DNA of 64,000 nucleotides from Nitrospinales bacterium (lineage in GTDB: Bacteria > Nitrospinota > Nitrospinia > Nitrospinales > VA-1): assembly GCA_965223345.1 (NCBI GenBank), contig CBDCWG010000012.1, positions 1,664,001 to 1,728,000 of the forward strand, in the 5' to 3' direction. The position numbers were made by a program, and so were the translations under genes. Numbering within the stretch: position 1 is the stretch's first letter; every line of letters starts with the position of its first letter. The notes below the pieces were generated by a model. It did no database searches. It saw only the letters and a list, made by a program, of their open reading frames with translations, and was not told the origin of the DNA. Positions 46,133 through 55,402 of this stretch are shown here, piece after piece.

Positions 46133-47041
46133 ATGATGGTCGTAACGGGAGAATGCAGGCTCCTGCACACCTGTGAGATGTGCGAATTCAACAACGATAC
46201 CGATTGCAAGGCCGATAAAAACGAGCACAACCGGTGGTTGGTGAATCACCGGATGAACGACATCAAGCACAAGCTCATCGTCGGCAGCAACAAAGGCGGG
46301 GTTGGGAAGAGCACCGTGACCACGAATCTCGCCATCGCCTTGGCGGAGAAAGGGTATGCGGTCGGGCTGGCGGACGCCGATCTGCACGGACCCAATATCC
46401 CCAAGCTGCTGAACGCGGAAAGCGTGCGGCTCAAAGCCACCGACGAGGGCATCGACCCCTACGAGACCCGCAACGGGCTGAAGGTGGCGTCTCTGGGATT
46501 TCTGATCGAAGACCCCAACATGCACATCGCCTGGCGCGACGCGGTGAAATACGATTTTATCATCGAGCTTTTGGGCAACATCCACTGGGGCAAGCTGGAC
46601 TACCTGCTCATCGACCTGCCGCCCGGAACCGGGAACGAGCAGATCACCATCATCGATTTCATCGGTGAGGTGGACGGTGCGGTGGTGGTGACGACGCCCC
46701 AGGACCTGGCGCTGCTGGACGCCCGCAAGATGATTTCCTTCGCGCGCGACAGCAACGTGCCCATTGTCGGGATCATCGAGAACATGAGCACGCTGACCTG
46801 TCCGCACTGCGACAAGGAGATCGACGTGTTCAAAAAAGGCGGCGGCGAGAAGCTGGCGCAGGAGCTGGTGCTGCCGTATCTGGGCAGAATTCCGCTGGAT
46901 GCGGAGATCACCGTGCGCTCCGACAGCGGCGAACCGGTGGTGCTGTCGCGCCCCGATTCGGCGGCGGCCAAGGCGTTTCTCGAGCTCGCCGACAACTGTC
47001 ACAAGTTTCTCAACCCGGAACCCTCCATCGCGGCGGGCTGA
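46133..47041 (+). CDS. mrp: Mrp/ApbC/Nbp35 Fe-S cluster carrier ATPase
   Basis: KGGVGKSTV, DAD.HGP, WG.LDYL.IDLPPGTG, VTTPQ, ENMS..CPHC. Confidence 0.95.
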   Translation: MMVVTGECRLLHTCEMCEFNNDTDCKADKNEHNRWLVNHRMNDIKHKLIVGSNKGGVGKSTVTTNLAIALAEKGYAVGLADADLHGPNIPKLLNAESVRLKATDEGIDPYETRNGLKVASLGFLIEDPNMHIAWRDAVKYDFIIELLGNIHWGKLDYLLIDLPPGTGNEQITIIDFIGEVDGAVVVTTPQDLALLDARKMISFARDSNVPIVGIIENMSTLTCPHCDKEIDVFKKGGGEKLAQELVLPYLGRIPLDAEITVRSDSGEPVVLSRPDSAAAKAFLELADNCHKFLNPEPSIAAG

Positions 47042-47356
47042 CGCAGGCGCTGCCGTACCGGGTTTTGCGCTTCCGGAATCAGGCCCTGCCTCGCCGTGAG
47101 GCGGGCTTTGCCCTGCCTGTGCCCTGCACCCTGCGGTCTTTGTGGCAGGGCCGGTTCGGCGGCGGGTGTTTCCCAAGCCAACCGCTTTCGCAAACGCCCC
47201 GTTTCCAGCGATTTTGCTGCGCCACATTTCCGCCCTCACAGGAAACAAACTGATTGCACGCACCCCCTCAATTGCGAGATAATGAATAGAGTGCGTGGAG
47301 CCGGTCCGGTTTTGCGTGCGATGGGTTTTTTTCTGCAACAAAAAAAGATCGCTTCC

Positions 47357-48430
47357 ATGAGCATTCGTCGTTTCGCATTTTTTTCCTGCCTGTTGGCGAG
47401 TTTCCTTTTATTTGCGAAAACGGGATTCGCCGATCCCCATAACGGAAAGACATTCACAAACAATCCGGTCGTGGCCACGGTGGAAGGTGAGCCGGTCATG
47501 ATGGACGATGTGAAAAACGCCCAGATTCACGATGCGATGGCGCAGCTGCATAAAATGCAGAACCGGGCGTTGAAGGAAAAGATCCTGCAGATCCTCGGCA
47601 AGAAGTATCCCGACATGATGAACGAGGAGCTGCCGGAGGTGAGCGAGCGGGACATCGCCAAGTTTTACCGGGAAACCCCGGGGGTGAAAGAGCTGGGCAG
47701 CCTGGACAAGATGCGCGTGGAGATCCGCGAATACCTGGAACGGCTCGCGCAAGAGACCTACATCGAGGAAAAATATCAATGGGCTTTGGATAAGAAACTG
47801 GTCAAAGTCTATCTGAAGCCGCCGAGCGAATTTCATGTCGTGGCGGGCATCGGCACGGCCATGCTGGCGTTCGAGCCGGAGCCGAAAAAAGCCCGCAAGG
47901 TTTTTGTGCTGGAATATTCCGACTTTGAATGCCCGTTCTGCAAACGCGTGCAGGACACGCTGCGCAAGCTCAGAAAAGAGTATGCCAAAGAGGTTCAGTT
48001 CGGCTACCGGCATTTCCCTCTGCCGTTTCACAAAGACGCCAAGTATCTCGCCGAGGCGGTGGAATGCGCCCGCGATCAGGAACGGTTCTGGGAAATGCAG
48101 ACCATCCTCTATAAAAAAATCGACAGCCGCATTTCCGAGATCGATGAGGATGTCGTCAAACTGGCAAAAGAGGCGGGCGTCAAAAAGCTCGACGCGTTTC
48201 AAGCCTGCCTGAAATCGGGCAAATACAAGGAACGGGTTCAAAACGATATCCGTGAAGGGCTGCGTCTCGGCATTCAAGGCACGCCCACCTTCATTCTCGG
48301 CCTGTACGATTCGGAATCGGGTAATGTTTCCGGTGAGATGTTTTCCGGTGCGGTCTCTTCGGAAAAATTCATCCAGGCCATCGAGAAGTACCTGTCCCTC
48401 TCCCGCGCCGAAGCGAAGCTGATCCGCTGA
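47357..48430 (+). CDS. DsbA-like thioredoxin-fold protein with N-terminal helical domain
   Basis: Signal peptide; EYSDFECPFC, RHFPL.FH, G..GTPTF. Confidence 0.9.
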   Translation: MSIRRFAFFSCLLASFLLFAKTGFADPHNGKTFTNNPVVATVEGEPVMMDDVKNAQIHDAMAQLHKMQNRALKEKILQILGKKYPDMMNEELPEVSERDIAKFYRETPGVKELGSLDKMRVEIREYLERLAQETYIEEKYQWALDKKLVKVYLKPPSEFHVVAGIGTAMLAFEPEPKKARKVFVLEYSDFECPFCKRVQDTLRKLRKEYAKEVQFGYRHFPLPFHKDAKYLAEAVECARDQERFWEMQTILYKKIDSRISEIDEDVVKLAKEAGVKKLDAFQACLKSGKYKERVQNDIREGLRLGIQGTPTFILGLYDSESGNVSGEMFSGAVSSEKFIQAIEKYLSLSRAEAKLIR

Positions 48431-48490
48431 CCCCCGCTGGCAGCGCAGCGGACCGGGACGCGGACCCGCCGTTCGGTTGTCGAATTCCCC

Positions 48491-49057
48491 ATGACTCAGC
48501 CACAATGCCATCTCAAGCGGGGACGCCGTGCGCCACTTGCAGCCGGGCTCTATGTGTGGATGTGCCTGAGCGTGTTCGCGTTTCCGGCTGATTCCTTCGA
48601 GCCGTTCAAAGCGTTTTCCCCCCCGCAGGAGCCGGAATCCATCATCAAAGTCGAGGCGCTGGTTGAGCCGGAGGAAACCCGGCCGGGCGAGACGCTGCGG
48701 CTGCATCTGCGGGTCCGCCTGCAACCGGGCTGGCACATTTATGCTCTGAAACTCCCCGAGGGGGAACAAGAGGAGAACCTCGCCACACGCATCGAGCTTG
48801 CCGGGGAGGGGCTGATCGGGCCGGGGCGCTGGACGGAGTCCGAACCCCGGATCGCGCGCGACGGCGCGCTGGACCGGGTGGTGCCGATCCACGAAGGCTT
48901 CGCGGAATTTGACTGGCAGGGCAGAGTGGCGGAAAATGTCCAATCGGGCACGCACGCCCTCGCGGGTTCGATCACGTTTCGCGCCTGCGACAACCGGGTC
49001 TGCACGCTTCCCCGGCGCACCGATTTCACCGCCCGCATGGTGGTGCGATCCGAATGA
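48491..49057 (+). CDS. Stand-alone DsbD N-terminal (alpha) domain protein
   Basis: GWHIY, F.ACDNRVC.LP. Confidence 0.8.
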   Translation: MTQPQCHLKRGRRAPLAAGLYVWMCLSVFAFPADSFEPFKAFSPPQEPESIIKVEALVEPEETRPGETLRLHLRVRLQPGWHIYALKLPEGEQEENLATRIELAGEGLIGPGRWTESEPRIARDGALDRVVPIHEGFAEFDWQGRVAENVQSGTHALAGSITFRACDNRVCTLPRRTDFTARMVVRSE

Positions 49058-49079
49058 ACAGGATTCAAGGAAAACAACG

Positions 49080-51710
49080 ATGCAGGTGATCACCACCCAT
49101 TTGAATGCGGATTTCGACTGCCTCGCCTCGATGGTGGCCGCGCGCAAGCTGTATCCCAAAGCCCGGATGGTGTTTTCGGGCTCGGCGGAGCGGTCGGTGA
49201 ACCGCTACCTGGAGGAGCGCGGCGGCTGGATCGAAATTTCGAGGCTCAAGTCGATCGATCTGGACCGGGTCGAGACCCTGATCCTGGTGGACACGCAGAG
49301 CCCGAAACGCATCGGCGGCTTCGGCCCGCTGGTGAAAAAGCCGGGCGTGGCGGTGCACGTTTTCGATCACCATCCCGATGCGGGGGACGCCCTGGGCGCC
49401 GACCGGGCCACGGTCTGCAAGCGCGGGGCGGCGACGACGGTGCTGGTGGAGACGCTTGTGGAAAACGGAATGGTCCTGAACCCGGAAGAAAGCACGTTGA
49501 TGGCGCTGGGGATCTTCGAGGACACGCATTCGCTGCTGTCGGTTTCCGTCACGCCGGAGGATTTCTCGGCGCTCGCGCTGCTTGTCGAATGGGGCGCGGA
49601 TCTGACCGTCGTCGCCGAATACGTGCAGCCGCGGCTCAACAACGACCTGGTGGAGGTGCTGAACGATCTCATCCGCAACCTGGAAACGCTCAGGATCAAC
49701 GGCGTCGATGTGCACGTGGCGACGGCGTCGCCGAACCGTTTTGTGGAGGACCTGTCGCATGCGGTGCAGAAGTTGGTGGATCTGGAAAATCTGGCCGTGT
49801 TCGTGGCGCTGGTGCGCGTGGAGCGGCAGATCTATCTGATCGGGCGCAGCCGCGAGCCGCAGGTGGACGTCGGCGAAATCGCCGCGGCGTTCGGCGGTGG
49901 CGGGCATTCCTATGCGGCGTCGGCGACGATCCGCGACCTGACGCTGGCTCAGGTGCGCGAAAAACTGCAGACGGTTCTGGAACGCGTGGTGCAGCCGCCG
50001 CGCCGAGTGGCGGACATCATGCATTTCCCGGTGGTGTCGGTGAAAAAGAGCGACACCATCCAGGCGGTGGAAAAGAAGCTGACGCGCTTCAACCTGAACA
50101 CGCTGCCGGTGCTGGAAGGGGCGCGGCCGGTGGGGCTCATCACGCGGCAGACGGTGGAAAAGGCCATCCACCACCAATTGACCAAGGAAAAGACGGAAGC
50201 GCTGATGATCCGCGAATTTTCCGTCACCACGCCCGAGGCGTTTTTCAAAACGATTCAGCCCATCATGATCGAGGACAAGCAAAAACTCATTCCGGTGGTG
50301 GACCCGAAGAAAGGCCACCTCGTCGGCATCGTCAGCCGCGGCGATCTTTTGCGCACGCTGCACGGCGACATGCTGCGCGACGGCAGTGCGCCCGGCTCCG
50401 GCGTGAAAACAACCGCCGGCGCGCGCAAAAACATCAAAAGCCTGCTGAAAAAGCAGCTGGACAAAAGCGTGATGCAGCTGTTCGCGCAGATGGCGGCGAT
50501 CGCCGACCAGGAGGGGATGGGCATCCATGTGGTGGGCGGCTTCGTGCGCGACCTGCTTTTAGGCGAGGCCAACCTGGATCTGGACATCGTCGTCGAGGGC
50601 GACGGCATCGCCTTCGCCAAGAAGGCCGCGAAAAAACTCAAAGGCCGGGTCAAAAGCCACGCCAAGTTCGGCACCTCGGTGGTCATTCTGGAAAACGGCC
50701 TGCGCATCGATGTGGCGACGGCGCGCATGGAATACTACAAGCACCCGGCGGCGCTGCCGACGGTGGAGAAAAGCTCCATCAAGGCCGATCTGTTCCGGCG
50801 GGATTTTTCCATCAACAGCCTGGCCGTCAAGCTCAACGGGCCCGACGCGTTCACGCTGCTGGATTACTTCAACGGCGAACGCGATCTCAAGGACAAGCTG
50901 ATCCGCGTGCTGCACAACCTGAGTTTCATCGAAGACCCCTGCCGGATTTTTCGCGCCATCCGGTTCGAGCAGCGCTTTCACTTCACTCTCGGCAAGCAGA
51001 CCGAGGCGTTTATGAAAAACGCGGTGCAGAAGGGGTGGGTGGACGCGTTGAGCGGCTCGCGCCTTTTGAACGAGTTGATCCTCTTGATGAAGGAGGCCGC
51101 GCCGGTGAAGTGCGTGCGCCGCATGCGCGAGTTTGAGCTGTTTGCCTGCATCGCCCCCGCCATGCTCAAGGACGCGAAGCAGGTGGCTCCACTCGACCGC
51201 ATCGAGGGGGTTCTGGCGTGGGCCGAGCGGGTGCCCGTGAATGCAGAGCCCGAGGTCTGGTACGTGTATTTTCTCGGCCTGTTCTACGAGCTGGACCGCG
51301 CGTCGTTCCGCCGTGCGGCGGACCGGCTGAAGCTGCCGATGCGGCTGCGGAAACGGCTGGAGGCCGACCGGGAGAGCTGCCGGGAGTCGCTGCCCAAGCT
51401 CAAGGACAGGAAAAAACGCGCGCCCAGCGAGGTGTACGATCTGTTTTCCAGCCTGTCGTCCGAAGCGGTGATCTTTCTTCTGGCGCTCGCCAACAGCGAC
51501 CGGGTCAACAACCAGGCGACGCTGTATTTCTCCCAGTACCACGGCTCGGCGAAACTGTCGCTTACGGGCGACGATCTGATCCGCATGGGCATCGCCCCCG
51601 GACCGGTGTTTCAGAAGGTGTTCAAAACCCTGCGGGACGCGCGCGTGAACGGCAACGTCAAGAGCAAGCGCGAGGAAATGGCTCTGGTGAAGGAAAAGTT
51701 CATCCGATGA
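49080..51710 (+). CDS. DHH-CBS-CBS tRNA nucleotidyltransferase (A-adding type)
   Basis: TTH.NADFD, FDHH, GGGGH..AASA, two CBS domains, VGGFVRDL, DLDIVV, RRDFSIN, EDP.RI.RA.RF. Confidence 0.9.
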   Translation: MQVITTHLNADFDCLASMVAARKLYPKARMVFSGSAERSVNRYLEERGGWIEISRLKSIDLDRVETLILVDTQSPKRIGGFGPLVKKPGVAVHVFDHHPDAGDALGADRATVCKRGAATTVLVETLVENGMVLNPEESTLMALGIFEDTHSLLSVSVTPEDFSALALLVEWGADLTVVAEYVQPRLNNDLVEVLNDLIRNLETLRINGVDVHVATASPNRFVEDLSHAVQKLVDLENLAVFVALVRVERQIYLIGRSREPQVDVGEIAAAFGGGGHSYAASATIRDLTLAQVREKLQTVLERVVQPPRRVADIMHFPVVSVKKSDTIQAVEKKLTRFNLNTLPVLEGARPVGLITRQTVEKAIHHQLTKEKTEALMIREFSVTTPEAFFKTIQPIMIEDKQKLIPVVDPKKGHLVGIVSRGDLLRTLHGDMLRDGSAPGSGVKTTAGARKNIKSLLKKQLDKSVMQLFAQMAAIADQEGMGIHVVGGFVRDLLLGEANLDLDIVVEGDGIAFAKKAAKKLKGRVKSHAKFGTSVVILENGLRIDVATARMEYYKHPAALPTVEKSSIKADLFRRDFSINSLAVKLNGPDAFTLLDYFNGERDLKDKLIRVLHNLSFIEDPCRIFRAIRFEQRFHFTLGKQTEAFMKNAVQKGWVDALSGSRLLNELILLMKEAAPVKCVRRMREFELFACIAPAMLKDAKQVAPLDRIEGVLAWAERVPVNAEPEVWYVYFLGLFYELDRASFRRAADRLKLPMRLRKRLEADRESCRESLPKLKDRKKRAPSEVYDLFSSLSSEAVIFLLALANSDRVNNQATLYFSQYHGSAKLSLTGDDLIRMGIAPGPVFQKVFKTLRDARVNGNVKSKREEMALVKEKFIR

Positions 51711-51780
51711 GCCGGCGTCTGTTCAGCCTGCGGTTTGCAGGGTGGGCTGCCTTTTTTTCCCGAAACCATCCTCTTTCGCA

Positions 51781-53118
51781 ATGAGCGGGCTCGCACTCTG
51801 GCTGGACCGGTATTTTTCGCTCCGGGAAAACCGCACCGATGTGCCCACCGAGCTGCGCGCGGGCTGCGTCACGTTTCTCACGGCGTCCTACATCGTGTTC
51901 GTGCAGCCTGCGGTGCTGGCGCAGGCCGGGATGGATTTCGGCGCGGTGATGGCAGCGACCTGCATCTCCTCCGCGATCGGCTGTCTGTTGATGGGACTGC
52001 TGGCGAACTACCCCATCGCGCTCGCGCCGGGCATGGGGATCAATTTTTATTTCACCTTCACCGTGGTCATCGGCGAGGGCATTCCCTGGCAGACGGCATT
52101 GGGGGCGGTGTTTCTCTCGGGTCTGGTGCTGATCGCGCTGACGCTGCTCAAGGTGCGCGAGGCGTTGATCCGCGTCATCCCGGCGGGGCTCAAAACCGGG
52201 ATCGCCGCGGGGATCGGGCTGTTCGTCGCGTTCATCGGGCTGGTGCAGGGCGGGGTGGTGGTCTCGCATCCGGCGACCCTGGTGCAGATAGGCGATGTGA
52301 CCGGCGCCCCGGCGCTGTTCACGTTTTTCGGCTTGATCCTGATCGGCACGCTGCTGCACAAAAAGATCAAGGGGGCGATCCTGATCGGCCTGGCGCTTTT
52401 GACGCTGCTGGCGTTTCCTTTGGGGCTGGCGCGGTTTCACGGCGTCGTCGCGCCGCCACCGAGCCTCGCGCCCACGTTTCTGGCGCTGGATGTGGCCGGT
52501 GCGTTCAACCTGGGGCTTCTGACCGTCGCCGGGGTGTTCGTGTTCGTCGATCTGTTCGATTCGGCGGGGACGCTGGTCGGGGTGGGGCAGCAGGGCGGGT
52601 TTCTGAAAGACGGTAGGCTGCCGCGGGCCAACCGCGCCCTGATGCCGGATGCGGTGGCGACTACCACCGGATCGCTGCTGGGAACCTCCACGGTGGTCTG
52701 CTACATCGAAAGCGCCGCCGGCGTCGCGGAAGGCGGGCGCACCGGGCTCGCCAGCGTGGTGACGGCCGGGCTGTTCCTGCTGGCGCTGTTCTTTTCGCCG
52801 CTGGCGCAGACCATCGGCGGCGGCTATGCGGTGGAAGGGCAGGCGACGCTGTATCCGATCACCGCACCGGTGCTGATCCTGGTCGGCTGCCTGATGGCGC
52901 AAAACTTAAGAAAAATCGAATGGGACCGCTGGGACGAAGCGTTGCCGGCGTTCCTCGTGGTGGCCGGCATGCCGCTCACCTTCAGCCTCGCCGATGGCAT
53001 GGCGCTGGGCTTCGTCGCGTATCCGATGATCAAACTGTTATCGGGGAAAGGATCGCAGGTCCATTGGGGCCTGTACCTCATCGCCCTGATCTTCATCCTG
53101 CGTTACGGATTTCTCTGA
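51781..53118 (+). CDS. NCS2/AzgA-family purine permease
   Basis: E.RAG..TFL...YI, LAPGMG.N, FD..GTL.GV, YIESAAG..EGGRTGL. Confidence 0.95.
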   Translation: MSGLALWLDRYFSLRENRTDVPTELRAGCVTFLTASYIVFVQPAVLAQAGMDFGAVMAATCISSAIGCLLMGLLANYPIALAPGMGINFYFTFTVVIGEGIPWQTALGAVFLSGLVLIALTLLKVREALIRVIPAGLKTGIAAGIGLFVAFIGLVQGGVVVSHPATLVQIGDVTGAPALFTFFGLILIGTLLHKKIKGAILIGLALLTLLAFPLGLARFHGVVAPPPSLAPTFLALDVAGAFNLGLLTVAGVFVFVDLFDSAGTLVGVGQQGGFLKDGRLPRANRALMPDAVATTTGSLLGTSTVVCYIESAAGVAEGGRTGLASVVTAGLFLLALFFSPLAQTIGGGYAVEGQATLYPITAPVLILVGCLMAQNLRKIEWDRWDEALPAFLVVAGMPLTFSLADGMALGFVAYPMIKLLSGKGSQVHWGLYLIALIFILRYGFL

Positions 53119-53208
53119 TCCGCCGGTATTTTGACCCCGGCGTCGAGCCTGCGGGTTGTGCTATAATCGGGTTTTGAATCGAGAGGAATCCATAACGGAA
53201 GTGTTTTT

Positions 53209-53787
53209 ATGGCCAGTGTCGAGTATCTGATCAAACAGTTTTTGAGCCCCGATAAGAAGAGCCTGGATCTGAGCAATCAGAACATCGGGGACAAAGGGGC
53301 GGTGACGCTCACGCGTTCGAAAAGCATAAAGCGGCTCAAAAAGCTGCGCCTGCCCAACAACAACATCGGCGACGAGGGCGCGATCGCCATCGCCCAGTGC
53401 GAAAACCTGAAGAATGTGACCGACCTGGATTTTTACGGCAATGTCATCAGCGACGACGGCGTCAAGGCGCTGGCCGAATCCGAGCACATGAAAAAGCTGT
53501 TGAAGCTCAACCTCTACGGCAACCTCGTGGAGGACGAAGGCGCCATCGCGCTGGCGGAATCGAAAACCCTGACCAAGCTCAAACACCTGTTCCTCAATTC
53601 CAACCGGATTCGCCGCAAGGGTTTGGAAGCGCTGCAGCAAGCCAAGTGCCGCACCCGTCTGTGTCATCTGTTCATCGATGACCTTTCGGATTTCATCTAC
53701 GAAGACGATGACGGCGCGGATGACGATTGGGATGACGATATGGACGCGACGCGTCCGCGGACGGAACAGGATGTGATGGAAGATTGA
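53209..53787 (+). CDS. Leucine-rich repeat protein (RI/GALA-like) with acidic tail
   Basis: Repeated L.L..N.I.D.GA.A.A units; D/E-rich C-terminus. Confidence 0.88.
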   Translation: MASVEYLIKQFLSPDKKSLDLSNQNIGDKGAVTLTRSKSIKRLKKLRLPNNNIGDEGAIAIAQCENLKNVTDLDFYGNVISDDGVKALAESEHMKKLLKLNLYGNLVEDEGAIALAESKTLTKLKHLFLNSNRIRRKGLEALQQAKCRTRLCHLFIDDLSDFIYEDDDGADDDWDDDMDATRPRTEQDVMED

Positions 53788-53819
53788 TTTTCATGCAACG
53801 ATTCGGATGCGACAAAGGG

Positions 53820-54371
53820 ATGCGGATGGTCTGGGTTTGCGTCCTTTTTTTTGTGCTTTCGGCGCAGGGCCCGGCTGATCTCATCGACCGGCCGCCCGAG
53901 CTGGATTACGAAAAGATTTTTAAAGAGGGGCTGAAGCGGCGCGGCACCTACCTGAACCTGTCCGGCAAGAAAATCGGCGACGCGGGATTGAAGCTGCTTC
54001 TCACCAAAGACTGGCTCAAAAAAGTTAAAAAGATCGACATCCGTTACAACGACCTCACCGAAGAAGGGGCGAAGATCCTCGCCGCAGCCCCCGAACTGCC
54101 GAAACTGCAGACGCTGATCCTCAGACACAATTTCTTCGCCGACAACGGCAGCGTCGTCTTTTCCAAAACCAGGAGCTTCCCCAACCTCAAGGAACTGCAA
54201 CTGGGCTGGAACGAAGTGCGCGATGCGGGCGCGCTGGCGATCGGCCGGGCGCAGAAGGAATCGTTTCCCAAGCTGCAGAAACTGGATCTGCGCGGCAATT
54301 TCCTGGCGGACGAGACCAAAAGCGAACTGAAAAAAACGCTGCCCCACCTCAAATCCCTCAAGCTCTACTGA
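53820..54371 (+). CDS. Secreted leucine-rich repeat protein
   Basis: Signal-like N-terminus; LNLSG..IGD.G, L.L..N...D.G repeats; start uncertain (53793-53826). Confidence 0.85.
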   Translation: MRMVWVCVLFFVLSAQGPADLIDRPPELDYEKIFKEGLKRRGTYLNLSGKKIGDAGLKLLLTKDWLKKVKKIDIRYNDLTEEGAKILAAAPELPKLQTLILRHNFFADNGSVVFSKTRSFPNLKELQLGWNEVRDAGALAIGRAQKESFPKLQKLDLRGNFLADETKSELKKTLPHLKSLKLY

Positions 54372-54483
54372 CTCCTGCCCGGAGAGGGGGGAAGGGTCGT
54401 AATTGCAAAAGCACCCGGCTCCCACCCAAATTGGGCAATTCCTCCACCCACCTATCTTCTCCAAACCTTCGAGGATTCAATAA

Positions 54484-55101
54484 ATGACTAGAGGATTCTG
54501 GATTTCAATGGCCGTAGCCATAACCGGATTGCTTGCTTCTGTGGTCACTTATTATTTTGGTGTCAAAGGACCATCTTATCGTGTGATTATCGCCAGAATC
54601 CCCTTTTCATTTTCGACGCTGGAACCGCAGGATATTGAATTCGATGTGGACCGGACAAAACTCTACGACGTAAATGTACTCTTCAAAAAAGTTTTTCCGG
54701 AAGAACAAATGAATGCGATTATTGGCAGCTTTAAAAGTAAAGCTAGATTGAATGTTGAATGGCAGGTCTACCAGGGGACCCTTCAAATAAAAGAAGGATC
54801 TAACCTGGATGTTGGGTATTCAAGAATTTTTAGAGAAGATTACATAGGGGTTCAGATTGGAACTTTTCAGGCGGAAGAAGGAAAGAAATACACGCTCTCG
54901 ATTAAAACGCGCGATCTCCATTCAGAATGGGAAAAAGCCGATCCAATGGTAGAAGTGAAACTCAACCCCTTAGCGTTTGAAGATTATATGTTAATCAGTA
55001 TGGTCGGCGTTGTCCTGTTTTGCATTTTCTTATTCTATTTTTTGGTATTGATTGCAGGATGGGGTTGGAATTACAGAAAAAGGAAAATGATCAACACCTG
55101 A
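54484..55101 (+). CDS. Hypothetical membrane protein, lower GC
   Basis: N- and C-terminal TM helices around a beta-rich domain; AT-richer codons. Confidence 0.7.
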   Translation: MTRGFWISMAVAITGLLASVVTYYFGVKGPSYRVIIARIPFSFSTLEPQDIEFDVDRTKLYDVNVLFKKVFPEEQMNAIIGSFKSKARLNVEWQVYQGTLQIKEGSNLDVGYSRIFREDYIGVQIGTFQAEEGKKYTLSIKTRDLHSEWEKADPMVEVKLNPLAFEDYMLISMVGVVLFCIFLFYFLVLIAGWGWNYRKRKMINT

Positions 55102-55133
55102 AGTTTGAAAGCTGGGTTCGGCTGAGGGGTAGG

Positions 55134-55376
55134 TCAAATGCCGATGATGCCGGATTCCTCGTCGAGAAAAAAGCTGGCTCCGTCCGGGGCGCGGTAGGAG
55201 ATTTCCTTCACTTCCCAGAGGTGCTTCTTTTTCACGTCCGCTTCAGCGGCGTGGAATTTGCCTTTGTCCTCGCGTTGCAGGAGAAGGAATTTGTTGTCGT
55301 TGTTGGAGACGATGTCCCAGGTGTGGTACTCGCTTTGCACTTTGCCTTTTTCAAAATCGATGTCGATGATGTTCAT
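55134..55376 (-). CDS. Small hypothetical protein
   Basis: Typical codon usage; directly downstream of the S41 protease. Confidence 0.65.
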   Translation of the reverse strand: MNIIDIDFEKGKVQSEYHTWDIVSNNDNKFLLLQREDKGKFHAAEADVKKKHLWEVKEISYRAPDGASFFLDEESGIIGI

Positions 55377-55402
55377 GCTGCTTGCTGCGAAGGGGTGAAC
55401 GT

